Source: Myxococcota bacterium
GTDB taxonomy: Bacteria > Myxococcota_A > UBA9160 > UBA6930
NCBI GenBank assembly: GCA_965223415.1
Contig: OZ245002.1
Coordinates: 2,240,001-2,304,000 of the forward strand
DNA: 64,000 nt
Direction of reading: 5' to 3'
Part shown: positions 56,507 to 64,000 of the stretch, one piece after another
Position numbering within the stretch: position 1 is the stretch's first letter
Layout of the letters: every line of letters starts with the position of its first letter
Position numbers and translations under genes: made by a program
Notes under the pieces: generated by a model
What the model saw: the letters and a program-made list of their open reading frames with translations, nothing else
Told to the model about the DNA's origin: nothing
Database searches by the model: none

Positions 56507-57766
56507 ATGGGCGCCATGCGCGTGGGCGAGGTCCGACATCCGGAGCGTGGCGGCTCGGGCAAGCCCTTGGACGGCGTGCGCATCCTCGCCGCCGAGCAGA
56601 TGCAGGCGCTGCCCTACGCCACCCAGCTGATGGCTCACTTGGGCGCCGAGGTGGTGAAGGTCGAGCACCCGGAGCGGGGCGATACCGGCCGCGCCTCGAA
56701 CCCGGCGCTCGTCGACGAGCAGGGTCAGCGGGTCGGCGCCACCTTCCTGCGCAACAACCTCTCGAAGCAGAGCGTGGGCCTCGACCTGAAGAGCCAAGCG
56801 GGTCGCGACCTCTTCCGGCGGCTCGTCCCGCGCTTCGACGTGGTGGCCGAGAACTTCCGCGCCGGTTCGATGCAAGCCATGGGGCTCGGCTACGAGGCGC
56901 TGGCGGATCTCCATCCCCCGCTCGTCTACGTCTCGCTCTCCGGCTTCGGCAACCTCGAGCCCTCGCCCTACGCGAGCTGGCCCGCCTACGCGCCGATCGC
57001 CGAGGCGATGGGGGGGCTCTACGAGCCCAGCCGCAGGGAGGGGCAGCCGCCGCCGGTGGTCGTGGCCGGTGCGCTGGGAGACAACGCGGCGGCGCTCTTT
57101 GCCGTGATCGGAACCCTCGCGGCCCTTCGGCACCGGGATCGCACGGGCCTGGGCCAGCACGTCGACGTCGCCATGTACGACTCGATGGTCGCCATGACCG
57201 ACATGGTTCCCTTCCTCTGGTCGATGGACGCGCCGGCCCACATGGCGGCCGCCGGCACCACCGCCCTGGTCGCCGCCTTCGCGGCGAAGGACGGACACTT
57301 CGTGGTGGCCGTCTTCCGCGAGCACATGTTCGAGAAGCTCTGTCACACCGTCGGCCACCCGGAGTGGCTGGGCGACCCACGCTTCGCCGACCGCACCGGC
57401 TGGGCCGCCCACACCGAGGACGTGATCCGCCCCGCGATCGAGGCCTGGGCGCGCCGCAAGACCAAGCTCGAAGCCTGTCGGGAGCTGTGCGAGCAGGGCA
57501 TCGTCGCCGGCCCCAGCCACACTGCCGCCGACATCCACGGCGATCCCCACGTCGCCCTCCGCGACATGCTGATCGAGGTCCCGCGCCCCGACGCCGACCG
57601 CCCCTACCTCGTCGTCGGCAACCCCGTGAAGATGTCCCGCCTCGCCGAAGGCCCCGTCGCCTCCTTCCCCCGCCTCGGCGAGCACACCGACGAAGTCCTC
57701 CGCCGCGAGCTCGCCCTCACCGACGAAGACCTCGCCACCCTCCGAAACGACGGAGTGTTGCGTTAG
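56507..57766 (+). CDS. Family III CoA-transferase (CaiB/BaiF)
   Basis: PLDGVRIL, LGAEVVKVEHP..GD, DVVAENFR, GD (catalytic Asp in LGDNAA), GQHVDVAM and PRLGEHT. Confidence 0.92.
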   Translation: MGAMRVGEVRHPERGGSGKPLDGVRILAAEQMQALPYATQLMAHLGAEVVKVEHPERGDTGRASNPALVDEQGQRVGATFLRNNLSKQSVGLDLKSQAGRDLFRRLVPRFDVVAENFRAGSMQAMGLGYEALADLHPPLVYVSLSGFGNLEPSPYASWPAYAPIAEAMGGLYEPSRREGQPPPVVVAGALGDNAAALFAVIGTLAALRHRDRTGLGQHVDVAMYDSMVAMTDMVPFLWSMDAPAHMAAAGTTALVAAFAAKDGHFVVAVFREHMFEKLCHTVGHPEWLGDPRFADRTGWAAHTEDVIRPAIEAWARRKTKLEACRELCEQGIVAGPSHTAADIHGDPHVALRDMLIEVPRPDADRPYLVVGNPVKMSRLAEGPVASFPRLGEHTDEVLRRELALTDEDLATLRNDGVLR

Positions 57767-57801
57767 TGTTGCGTTAGGGGCCGGTTCCGTTTGTTGCGTT
57801 G
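57755..57801 (+). repeat. 36-bp REP-like repeat, copy 2, preceded by a tandem 11-bp duplication
   Basis: 57766-57801 is identical to 31281-31316. GTGTTGCGTTA is duplicated at 57755-65 and overlaps the CoA-transferase stop codon. Confidence 0.85.
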
Positions 57802-57822
57802 TTCTTCGCTCTTGGAGGTTCC

Positions 57823-58437
57823 ATGGCCATCGACCTTCGGCAGCTTCTGGATCCGGACCGCACGGCGCTCGTGACCCAGGAGATCCAGCGCGGCGTGATG
57901 GGAGACCTGTCGGCGCTGCCGGAGCTGGCGGCGGAGGGGGCGAAGGTGATCCCCCGGATCGCCACCCTCGTCGACGCGGCGCGGGCGGCCGGCGTGCCGG
58001 TGATCCACGCCACGGCGGAGCGACGCGCCGACGGGCTCGGCGCCAACACGAACGCGCGCCTCTTCCAGTACATGGCCAAGGCCGAGCCCAAGCTGATCCC
58101 CGGATCCGACGCGGCGGCGATCGTTCCCGAGGTGAAGGTGGCCGAGAGCGACCTCGTGCTGCCCCGGCTCCACGGGCTCTCGCCCTTCCAGGGCACCGAG
58201 CTCGACTTCGTCCTCCGCAACCTCGGCGTCTCCACCATCGTCGGGGTCGGCGTCTCCCTGAACGTGGCGATCCCCAACTTCACCTTCGACGCGGTGAATG
58301 CCTCCTACCAGGTAGTGATCCCCCGGGACGCCGTTGCCGGCACGCCGGCGGAGTACGCGCAGCAGGTCCTCCAGCACACCCTGCGCAATGTGGCGACCCT
58401 CGTGACCGCGGACGACGTGGTCGCGGCCTGGAGCTGA
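57823..58437 (+). CDS. Isochorismatase/cysteine-hydrolase-fold protein lacking the catalytic Cys
   Basis: GGAGG RBS. Motifs TALVTQEIQ, AARAAGVPVIH, SPFQGTELDFVLRNLGV and GVSLNVAI. Confidence 0.82.
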   Translation: MAIDLRQLLDPDRTALVTQEIQRGVMGDLSALPELAAEGAKVIPRIATLVDAARAAGVPVIHATAERRADGLGANTNARLFQYMAKAEPKLIPGSDAAAIVPEVKVAESDLVLPRLHGLSPFQGTELDFVLRNLGVSTIVGVGVSLNVAIPNFTFDAVNASYQVVIPRDAVAGTPAEYAQQVLQHTLRNVATLVTADDVVAAWS

Positions 58438-58438
58438 G

Positions 58439-59113
58439 ATGCCCGAGGCACCGGAGCCCATCCCCTCCGCCACCGTCGTGCTGCTGCGCGACGGTGCCCG
58501 CGACCTGGAGCTCCTGCTGCTCCAGCGCTCGTCTCGCAGCGACAAGCCCGGGCCCTGGGTGTTCCCGGGCGGGCAGGTCGAGCCCCACGATGTCGCTGCA
58601 GGCGACCCGCGCTCCGAGGCGAGTGCCCGCGCCGCCGCCATCCGCGAGACCCACGAGGAGGCCGGCCTGCGCATCGAGACGGCGCGCCTCGACACGATCT
58701 CCCGCTGGATCACCCCCGAGGTCTCCCCCAAGCGCTTCGATACCTGGTTCTTCGCCGGCGTGGCGCCCATGGACGAGTCGGTGCGCGTCGACGGCGACGA
58801 GATGTGCGACCACCGCTGGCTCTCGCCCGCCGGCGTGCTGGAGGCCTTCGGCCGCCGGGAGCTGCGCCTCGCGCCGCCGACCTTCGTTACCGTCACCTGG
58901 CTCAGCGAGTTCGCCCGCGCCGACGAAGCCGCCGCGCGGCTCGCCGCGCGCGAGTTGATCACCTTCCGCCCCCGCATCACGCGCACCGCAGAGGGAACCG
59001 TGGTGATGCTCTACCCGGGCGATGCGGGCTACGAGGCCGCCGACCCCGAGGCGTCCGGCCCGCGTCATCGCTGCCACGCCCTGGAGAGCGGCTTCCGCTA
59101 CGAACGCTCGTAG
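58439..59113 (+). CDS. NUDIX hydrolase (NUDT19-like, CoA-related)
   Basis: SATVVLLRD, WVFPGG, AAAIRETHEEAGL, RWITP...KRFDTWFF and LAPPT. Confidence 0.88.
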   Translation: MPEAPEPIPSATVVLLRDGARDLELLLLQRSSRSDKPGPWVFPGGQVEPHDVAAGDPRSEASARAAAIRETHEEAGLRIETARLDTISRWITPEVSPKRFDTWFFAGVAPMDESVRVDGDEMCDHRWLSPAGVLEAFGRRELRLAPPTFVTVTWLSEFARADEAAARLAARELITFRPRITRTAEGTVVMLYPGDAGYEAADPEASGPRHRCHALESGFRYERS

Positions 59114-59116
59114 CTG

Positions 59117-61075
59117 CTAGGCGTCTTCGACGTCGAGGACGACCGAGGTGTAGAGGCTCGGATCCGGGAAGGTCGAGAAGTTCGGCTCGCCGCGTGCCGC
59201 GGCCAGGTCGGGCAGGGGCTCGGCGCCGCTCGCCTCCAGCAGCTCGGTCACGAAGCGGCGGAAGAGGTCCAGGGCCTCGCCATCCCCCGGCAGCAGGCGG
59301 CGCGGATCGAACTGGTCGCTGCGCAGGCGGATGACCTGAAGTGTTTCCGCCTCCATGTCGCGCCAGTTCAGCGCCAGGTCGATGAGCAGCACCGCCCGCT
59401 CGCCCAGCCCGTGCACCGCACCGGCTGCGATCGCCTGGATGCGCCCGTAGGCGAGGGTGTGCCGCCGCCCGCTGCGCCGGAGCACGAGGCCTTCCCCCGA
59501 AAGCTCCACCGGGATGCCTTCCACGACCTTGGCGTCCCGCCAGCGGGGGCCGCTGCCGAGCTCGGGGGCGATCGGCTCCACCATGGGATCCGTCTCCTCC
59601 GAAGGCGCCTCGAAGGCCGGAGGCTGCGGCTCCGCACGCAGCGGCTCCGAGACCGGCTCCGTCGCGAGATCGATCGGCTCGTCCAGCTCGATCGCGCGCG
59701 CGTCGATGCCCTGCCAGCCCTCGCTCCGCGCGTCCGGGTCCGGTGCCTCCGCCCGCGCCTTGGCCAGATCGAGCGTGCCGAGATCCGCCTGGATGTCGCG
59801 CCGGCGCTCTTCGGGAAGCGCGTCCCAGGCCAGCACGCGGCGCGCGGCTTCGCCGGCCAGCTCCGGCGCCCGCCGCCGCGCCACTTCGTAGAAGCGCAGC
59901 GCCAGACCCGGCTCCAGGTCCTCGGCGCCACGACCGATCGCGTGCTCCAATGCGCGCCGCGCTTCGAGCGGACGATCCCGCTCGTCCAATGCCCGCGCCA
60001 CCGTCAGCAGCACGCGCGGGTCGCACTCCGCATCGGGGACCAACAGGGTGAGCTCGCACCAGTAGTCGGAGGCCGCCTGGAGCTCGCCGCTCGCGATCCA
60101 GCGCTCGATCTGGCGGGTCAGCTCCGTGGCCATCTCCTCGGGACGCTGCAACGCCGCGGCCGCGTCCCAGGTCGCGATGACCACGTCCGGATCTTCCGGG
60201 AACTGCCGCATCGCACGGCGCAGGCGCTCGTAGGCTTCCTCGAAGCGCCCCTCCTCCCGCAGAGCGTGCACCTCCTCCACGACGGGGTTCCCCTGGGCGA
60301 GGGTGAGCTTCGCCTCCAGGCTGGATTGGAGGTAGCGCGTCTCGATCCCCCCGACGCGGATCACGCCGGCGAAGACCGCGCCGTAGAGGAAGCCGCCGAC
60401 GTGCGCCCAGTAGGCGACGCCGCCCTGCTGTCCCATCGTGTCCGCGAGGTTCGCGTTCAGGAGCTCGGTCGCGAACCAGAAGGGCAACATCAGCCAGGCC
60501 GGTGCCTCGAAGGTGCCCATCCTGATCCAGATGAAGTAGAAGTAGCGGAGCTTGCTCTTGAACAGACGGACGAGGAAGGCGCCCATCACCGCGGCGATGG
60601 CGCCCGAGGCGCCCACCAGCGGGATGTCCGCGTTGGCCGGCGACATCGCCGCGAAGAACAGGGCGGCGAAGACGCCGCCGGTCAGGTAAAGGCCGAGAAA
60701 GACCGGCCGCCCCCAGCGATCCTCGATCGGCGGCCCCAGCAGGAAGAGCAGCAGCATGTTGCCGAGCAGGTGCAGCCAGCCGGCGTGCATGAACTGGTGG
60801 CTGAAGACGCTCGAGATCCGCACGTCCGAGGGCACGAGCCCGAAGCGGTCGTAGGGCGTGGGCGGGAGCTCGAACTCCACCTCGTCGCCGTCGGCCGCCG
60901 CGGCCTCCGCCCGCTCCATCTCCACCTGCACCCGCGCCTCCCATTCCGGGAGGGAGCCGTCGCAGGAGGTCGTGCCGGTACCGAAGAGGGTCAGGAGGCA
61001 CAGAGCCATCAGGGTGAAGGTTACCCAGGGGAGGCGCCGGACCTCCGACTCGTCGTGGCCGATCGGGAGCAGCAC
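59117..61075 (-). CDS. Rhomboid intramembrane serine protease with large C-terminal helical/TPR-like extension
   Basis: FMHAGWLHLLGNM, VGASGAIA (Ser) and AYWAHVGG (His). Confidence 0.88.
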   Translation of the reverse strand: MLLPIGHDESEVRRLPWVTFTLMALCLLTLFGTGTTSCDGSLPEWEARVQVEMERAEAAAADGDEVEFELPPTPYDRFGLVPSDVRISSVFSHQFMHAGWLHLLGNMLLLFLLGPPIEDRWGRPVFLGLYLTGGVFAALFFAAMSPANADIPLVGASGAIAAVMGAFLVRLFKSKLRYFYFIWIRMGTFEAPAWLMLPFWFATELLNANLADTMGQQGGVAYWAHVGGFLYGAVFAGVIRVGGIETRYLQSSLEAKLTLAQGNPVVEEVHALREEGRFEEAYERLRRAMRQFPEDPDVVIATWDAAAALQRPEEMATELTRQIERWIASGELQAASDYWCELTLLVPDAECDPRVLLTVARALDERDRPLEARRALEHAIGRGAEDLEPGLALRFYEVARRRAPELAGEAARRVLAWDALPEERRRDIQADLGTLDLAKARAEAPDPDARSEGWQGIDARAIELDEPIDLATEPVSEPLRAEPQPPAFEAPSEETDPMVEPIAPELGSGPRWRDAKVVEGIPVELSGEGLVLRRSGRRHTLAYGRIQAIAAGAVHGLGERAVLLIDLALNWRDMEAETLQVIRLRSDQFDPRRLLPGDGEALDLFRRFVTELLEASGAEPLPDLAAARGEPNFSTFPDPSLYTSVVLDVEDA

Positions 61076-61117
61076 CCATCCCGGATCGGAGGAACGCAGG
61101 AGAGCCTTGACCGGCCC

Positions 61118-64000
61118 TCAGACCCGCCGCCGGAACGCCTCCAGCAGCTCCTGCTCCTTGCTGCGGACCTGCTCCAGCTGCTGGTCCTTCACCGTGCCGT
61201 AGCCCCGGATTCCCTCCGGAAGGCTGGCGATCTCCACTGCGAGGGCGTGGTTCTCGGCGTTCAGGCCGTCGACCAGCTCCTGGAGCCGGTGCTCGTAGTC
61301 CCGCGGCAGCTGGCGCTCGAGGCGGCGGTCCGCGGTCCAACCGAAGGGATCGAAGGGCGTGCCGCGCAGGAAGGCGAAGCGCCGGATCGTCTTCCACACG
61401 CTCAGCATGAACCAGGCGGGGAAGGTCCACTTGGGCGCGCGGCCCGTGTCCGGATCGCGGGGGATCAGGAAGGCCGGCACGAACTGCATGGTCACGTGGA
61501 ACGCGAGCTGCGGGTCGCCGTCGAACTGCTGGCGGACCTGCTCCAGGAACGCGCCGTCCGTGTAGAGGCGGGAGACCTCGTACTCGTCCTTGTAGGCGAG
61601 CAGCTTGAAGTGGTAGCGGGCGACGGCCCGCGCCAGCTCGTCGCGGCCGAGCTGGCTCTTCTCGCGCTCGGCCACCTTGCGCACGAACGTCTCGTAGCGG
61701 CGGGCGTAGCGGGCGTTCTGGTACTCGGTGAGGAAGGGGATGCGGGTCGCGAGCAGCTCGTCCAGGGTGCGCTCCGCGGGTGCCGACTCCGCGCCCCGCA
61801 AGAGCGGCTTCACCGCGGCCTCGACCTTCGCCGGCTCGTGGGCCGCGAGCCGGCCCCAGGCGAAGGAGCGCCGATTGAGCTCGATGCCGCGCCCGTTCAG
61901 CTGGATGGCGCGATCCAGGGCCTCGCGGCTCACCGGGATGCGGCCCAGCTGCCAGGCGAAGCCCAGCAGGAACATGTTGGAGGCGATGGTGTCGCCGAGC
62001 AGGGCCTGGGCCCAGGGCGTGGCGGGCACGAAGTGCGCGTGGCCGTCGCCCACGGCGCTGCGGATCGCCTCCTCCATCGCGTCGGGCGTGAGATCGAGGT
62101 CCGAGTCGAGGGCGAACTCGAAGGTGGGGGCGACGTGATGGTTCATCACGGCCGTGGTTCCCGGCGCGAGCTTCGGCAGGTGCTCGGGATTGGTGGCGAC
62201 GACCGGGTCGCAGCCGATCAGCACGTCGGCGCCGCCCACGCCGATGCGCGTCGCGTGGATCTCCTCCGGCGCCCGCGCGATGCGCACGTGGCTCGAGACC
62301 GGGCCGTTCTTCTGGGCGAGGCCCGTCACGTCGAGCTCCGACGCGCCCTTGCCTTCGAGGTGCGCCGCCATGCTCAGGATGGCGCCGACGGTGACCACGC
62401 CCGTGCCTCCGATGCCGGCGAGGAGCACGTCGAAAGGCGCGTCGAGCTCCGGGGGGGTCGGCTCCGGCAGGTCGGCGAAGACGCCGTCGTCGCCAGTGTC
62501 CGTCCTGGGCGCCACCGCCTTGCGCAGGGTGCCGCCGGTCACCGAGACGAAGCTCGGGCAGTAGCCCTGGACGCAGGAGTAGTCCTTGTTGCAGCTGCTC
62601 TGGTTGATGCGACGCTTGCGGCCGAACTCCGTCTCCAGCGGCTCGATGGAGATGCAGTTCGATTGCACGCTGCAATCGCCGCAGCCCTCGCAGACGCGCT
62701 CGTTGATCACGATGCGGCGGTCCGGGTCCGGGAACTCGCCGCGCTTGCGCAGGCGCCGCGCCTCGGCGGCGCAGGTCTGGTCGTAGATCAGGGCGGACAC
62801 GCCGGAGAGCTCTCGCAGCTCCTTCTGCACCTGGCCCAGCTTCGCGCGGTCGTGGACGGTCACGCCACTCGGGAACAGGCCGCGCGCGTAGCGCTCCGGC
62901 TCGTTGGAGACGACGGCGATCCGCTTCACCCCCTCGGCCGAGAGCTGCCGCGCGATCTCCGGGCAGGTGATCTCGCCCTCCATCGGCTCGCCCTCGATGG
63001 GCTGCCCCCCGGTCATCGCCACCGCGCCGTTCACCAGGATCTTGAAGGTGATGTTGACGTCGGCGGCCACGCAGGCGCGGATCGACAGAAGGCCCGAGTG
63101 GAAGTAGGTGCCGTCGCCCATGTTCTGGAAGACGTGGGGCAGGTCGATGAAGGGCGCCTGGCCGATCCAGTTGGCGCCTTCGCCGCCCATGTGGGTGGCG
63201 CCGAAGGTGCGGCGCTCCGGGAAGAAGGCGGCCATGCCGTGGCAGCCGATGCCGCCGAAGGCGATCGAGCCGTCGGGCAGCTGGGTCGAGGTGTTGTGGG
63301 GGCAGCCGGAGCAGAAGCTCGGCATGCGGCTCAGCTGGCCGGGCGGCGTCACCGCCGGCGGCGTCGGGGCCGGGCGCAGGAGCCGCGCCTGCTCCGGCAG
63401 CCGCCGCGCGAGCCAGCTCCGGATCGCCTCCCGCACCGCCGCCGGCGCCAGCTCCCCGGTCCGCGAGAGAAGCGGCGTCCCGTCGTCCTCGTGCTTGCCC
63501 GCGAGCCGCGGCCGCTCGCGCTCGTTGTAGAGCAGGTGCGCCAGCTGCTCCTCGACGATCGGGCGCTTCTCCTCGACGACGAGCACGTCTTCGCGCCCCC
63601 GGCAGAAGGCCCGCGCCGCCTCCGGCTCGAGGGGCCAGGGCATCGCCACCTTGTAGATCGCCAGGCCGAGATCGCGGGCCCGGCCTTCGTCCAGGCCGAG
63701 CTCGTCCAGAGCCTGGCGCACGTCCAGGTAGGCCTTGCCGGTGGTGACGATGCCGAGGCGCCGCGCCTCGCCCTCCCAGATCGTGCGATCGAGGCCGTGG
63801 GCGCGCACGAAGGCCTGGGCTGCGGGCAGCTTCACCTGGTAGAGCTGCTGCTCGATCAGGACCAGGGTGTTGGTCATCGTCACGTGGTGGTCGTGGGCCG
63901 GGAAGGCGAAGCCCGGGTCGACCCGGTGCGCCCGCTCCGGCCCCACCTCGACGGAGGCGCCGCTGTCGACGGTGTCGGTCAGGCACTTCATCCCGACCCA
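61118..64000 (-). CDS. Indolepyruvate:ferredoxin oxidoreductase family fused protein (5'-partial)
   Basis: FCSGCPHNTST, GIGCH, GDGTYFHSG, VCEGCGDC...SNC, CNKDYSC..G.CPSF, GLAQKNG and LAYKDEYEV. The frame runs off the window end. Confidence 0.93.
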   Translation of the reverse strand, partial: WVGMKCLTDTVDSGASVEVGPERAHRVDPGFAFPAHDHHVTMTNTLVLIEQQLYQVKLPAAQAFVRAHGLDRTIWEGEARRLGIVTTGKAYLDVRQALDELGLDEGRARDLGLAIYKVAMPWPLEPEAARAFCRGREDVLVVEEKRPIVEEQLAHLLYNERERPRLAGKHEDDGTPLLSRTGELAPAAVREAIRSWLARRLPEQARLLRPAPTPPAVTPPGQLSRMPSFCSGCPHNTSTQLPDGSIAFGGIGCHGMAAFFPERRTFGATHMGGEGANWIGQAPFIDLPHVFQNMGDGTYFHSGLLSIRACVAADVNITFKILVNGAVAMTGGQPIEGEPMEGEITCPEIARQLSAEGVKRIAVVSNEPERYARGLFPSGVTVHDRAKLGQVQKELRELSGVSALIYDQTCAAEARRLRKRGEFPDPDRRIVINERVCEGCGDCSVQSNCISIEPLETEFGRKRRINQSSCNKDYSCVQGYCPSFVSVTGGTLRKAVAPRTDTGDDGVFADLPEPTPPELDAPFDVLLAGIGGTGVVTVGAILSMAAHLEGKGASELDVTGLAQKNGPVSSHVRIARAPEEIHATRIGVGGADVLIGCDPVVATNPEHLPKLAPGTTAVMNHHVAPTFEFALDSDLDLTPDAMEEAIRSAVGDGHAHFVPATPWAQALLGDTIASNMFLLGFAWQLGRIPVSREALDRAIQLNGRGIELNRRSFAWGRLAAHEPAKVEAAVKPLLRGAESAPAERTLDELLATRIPFLTEYQNARYARRYETFVRKVAEREKSQLGRDELARAVARYHFKLLAYKDEYEVSRLYTDGAFLEQVRQQFDGDPQLAFHVTMQFVPAFLIPRDPDTGRAPKWTFPAWFMLSVWKTIRRFAFLRGTPFDPFGWTADRRLERQLPRDYEHRLQELVDGLNAENHALAVEIASLPEGIRGYGTVKDQQLEQVRSKEQELLEAFRRRV

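Overview
A 64 kb, very GC-rich, gene-dense segment from a diderm bacterium. It carries an autotransporter, an RND pump and a Tat-exported periplasmic TTQ amine dehydrogenase. Gene style suggests Myxococcota/deltaproteobacterial affinity, which is inference only. The main theme is an Actinobacteria-type steroid side-chain degradation set split over three loci: fadE29-chsH2-fadE28-chsH1-ltp2-fadA5-SDR-F420 LLM; kstR-split Rv3521-ltp4-ltp3-ACAD; and ACAD-echA19. Each locus is headed by a perfect KstR operator (TnnAACnnGTTnnA) overlapping a sigma70-like promoter. Other notable items: (1) an unassigned, heavily base-paired intergenic RNA candidate at about 47.1-47.45 kb with a possible kissing loop; (2) an H-NOX protein whose proximal heme His is Tyr, next to an HNOBA hybrid kinase; (3) a lower-GC LolA-like/sensor kinase/degenerate sigma54 activator/MMPL module with an internally deleted MMPL relic; (4) a mauBEDA-cytochrome c cluster without mauG; (5) a tandem two-pore K+ channel; (6) a probable serine palmitoyltransferase divergent from a KstR box; (7) a 185-bp palindromic MITE/REPIN-like element and a dispersed 36-bp REP-like repeat. 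No rRNA, tRNA, CRISPR array or transposase gene was seen. All family calls come from motif recognition by eye, not database searches.
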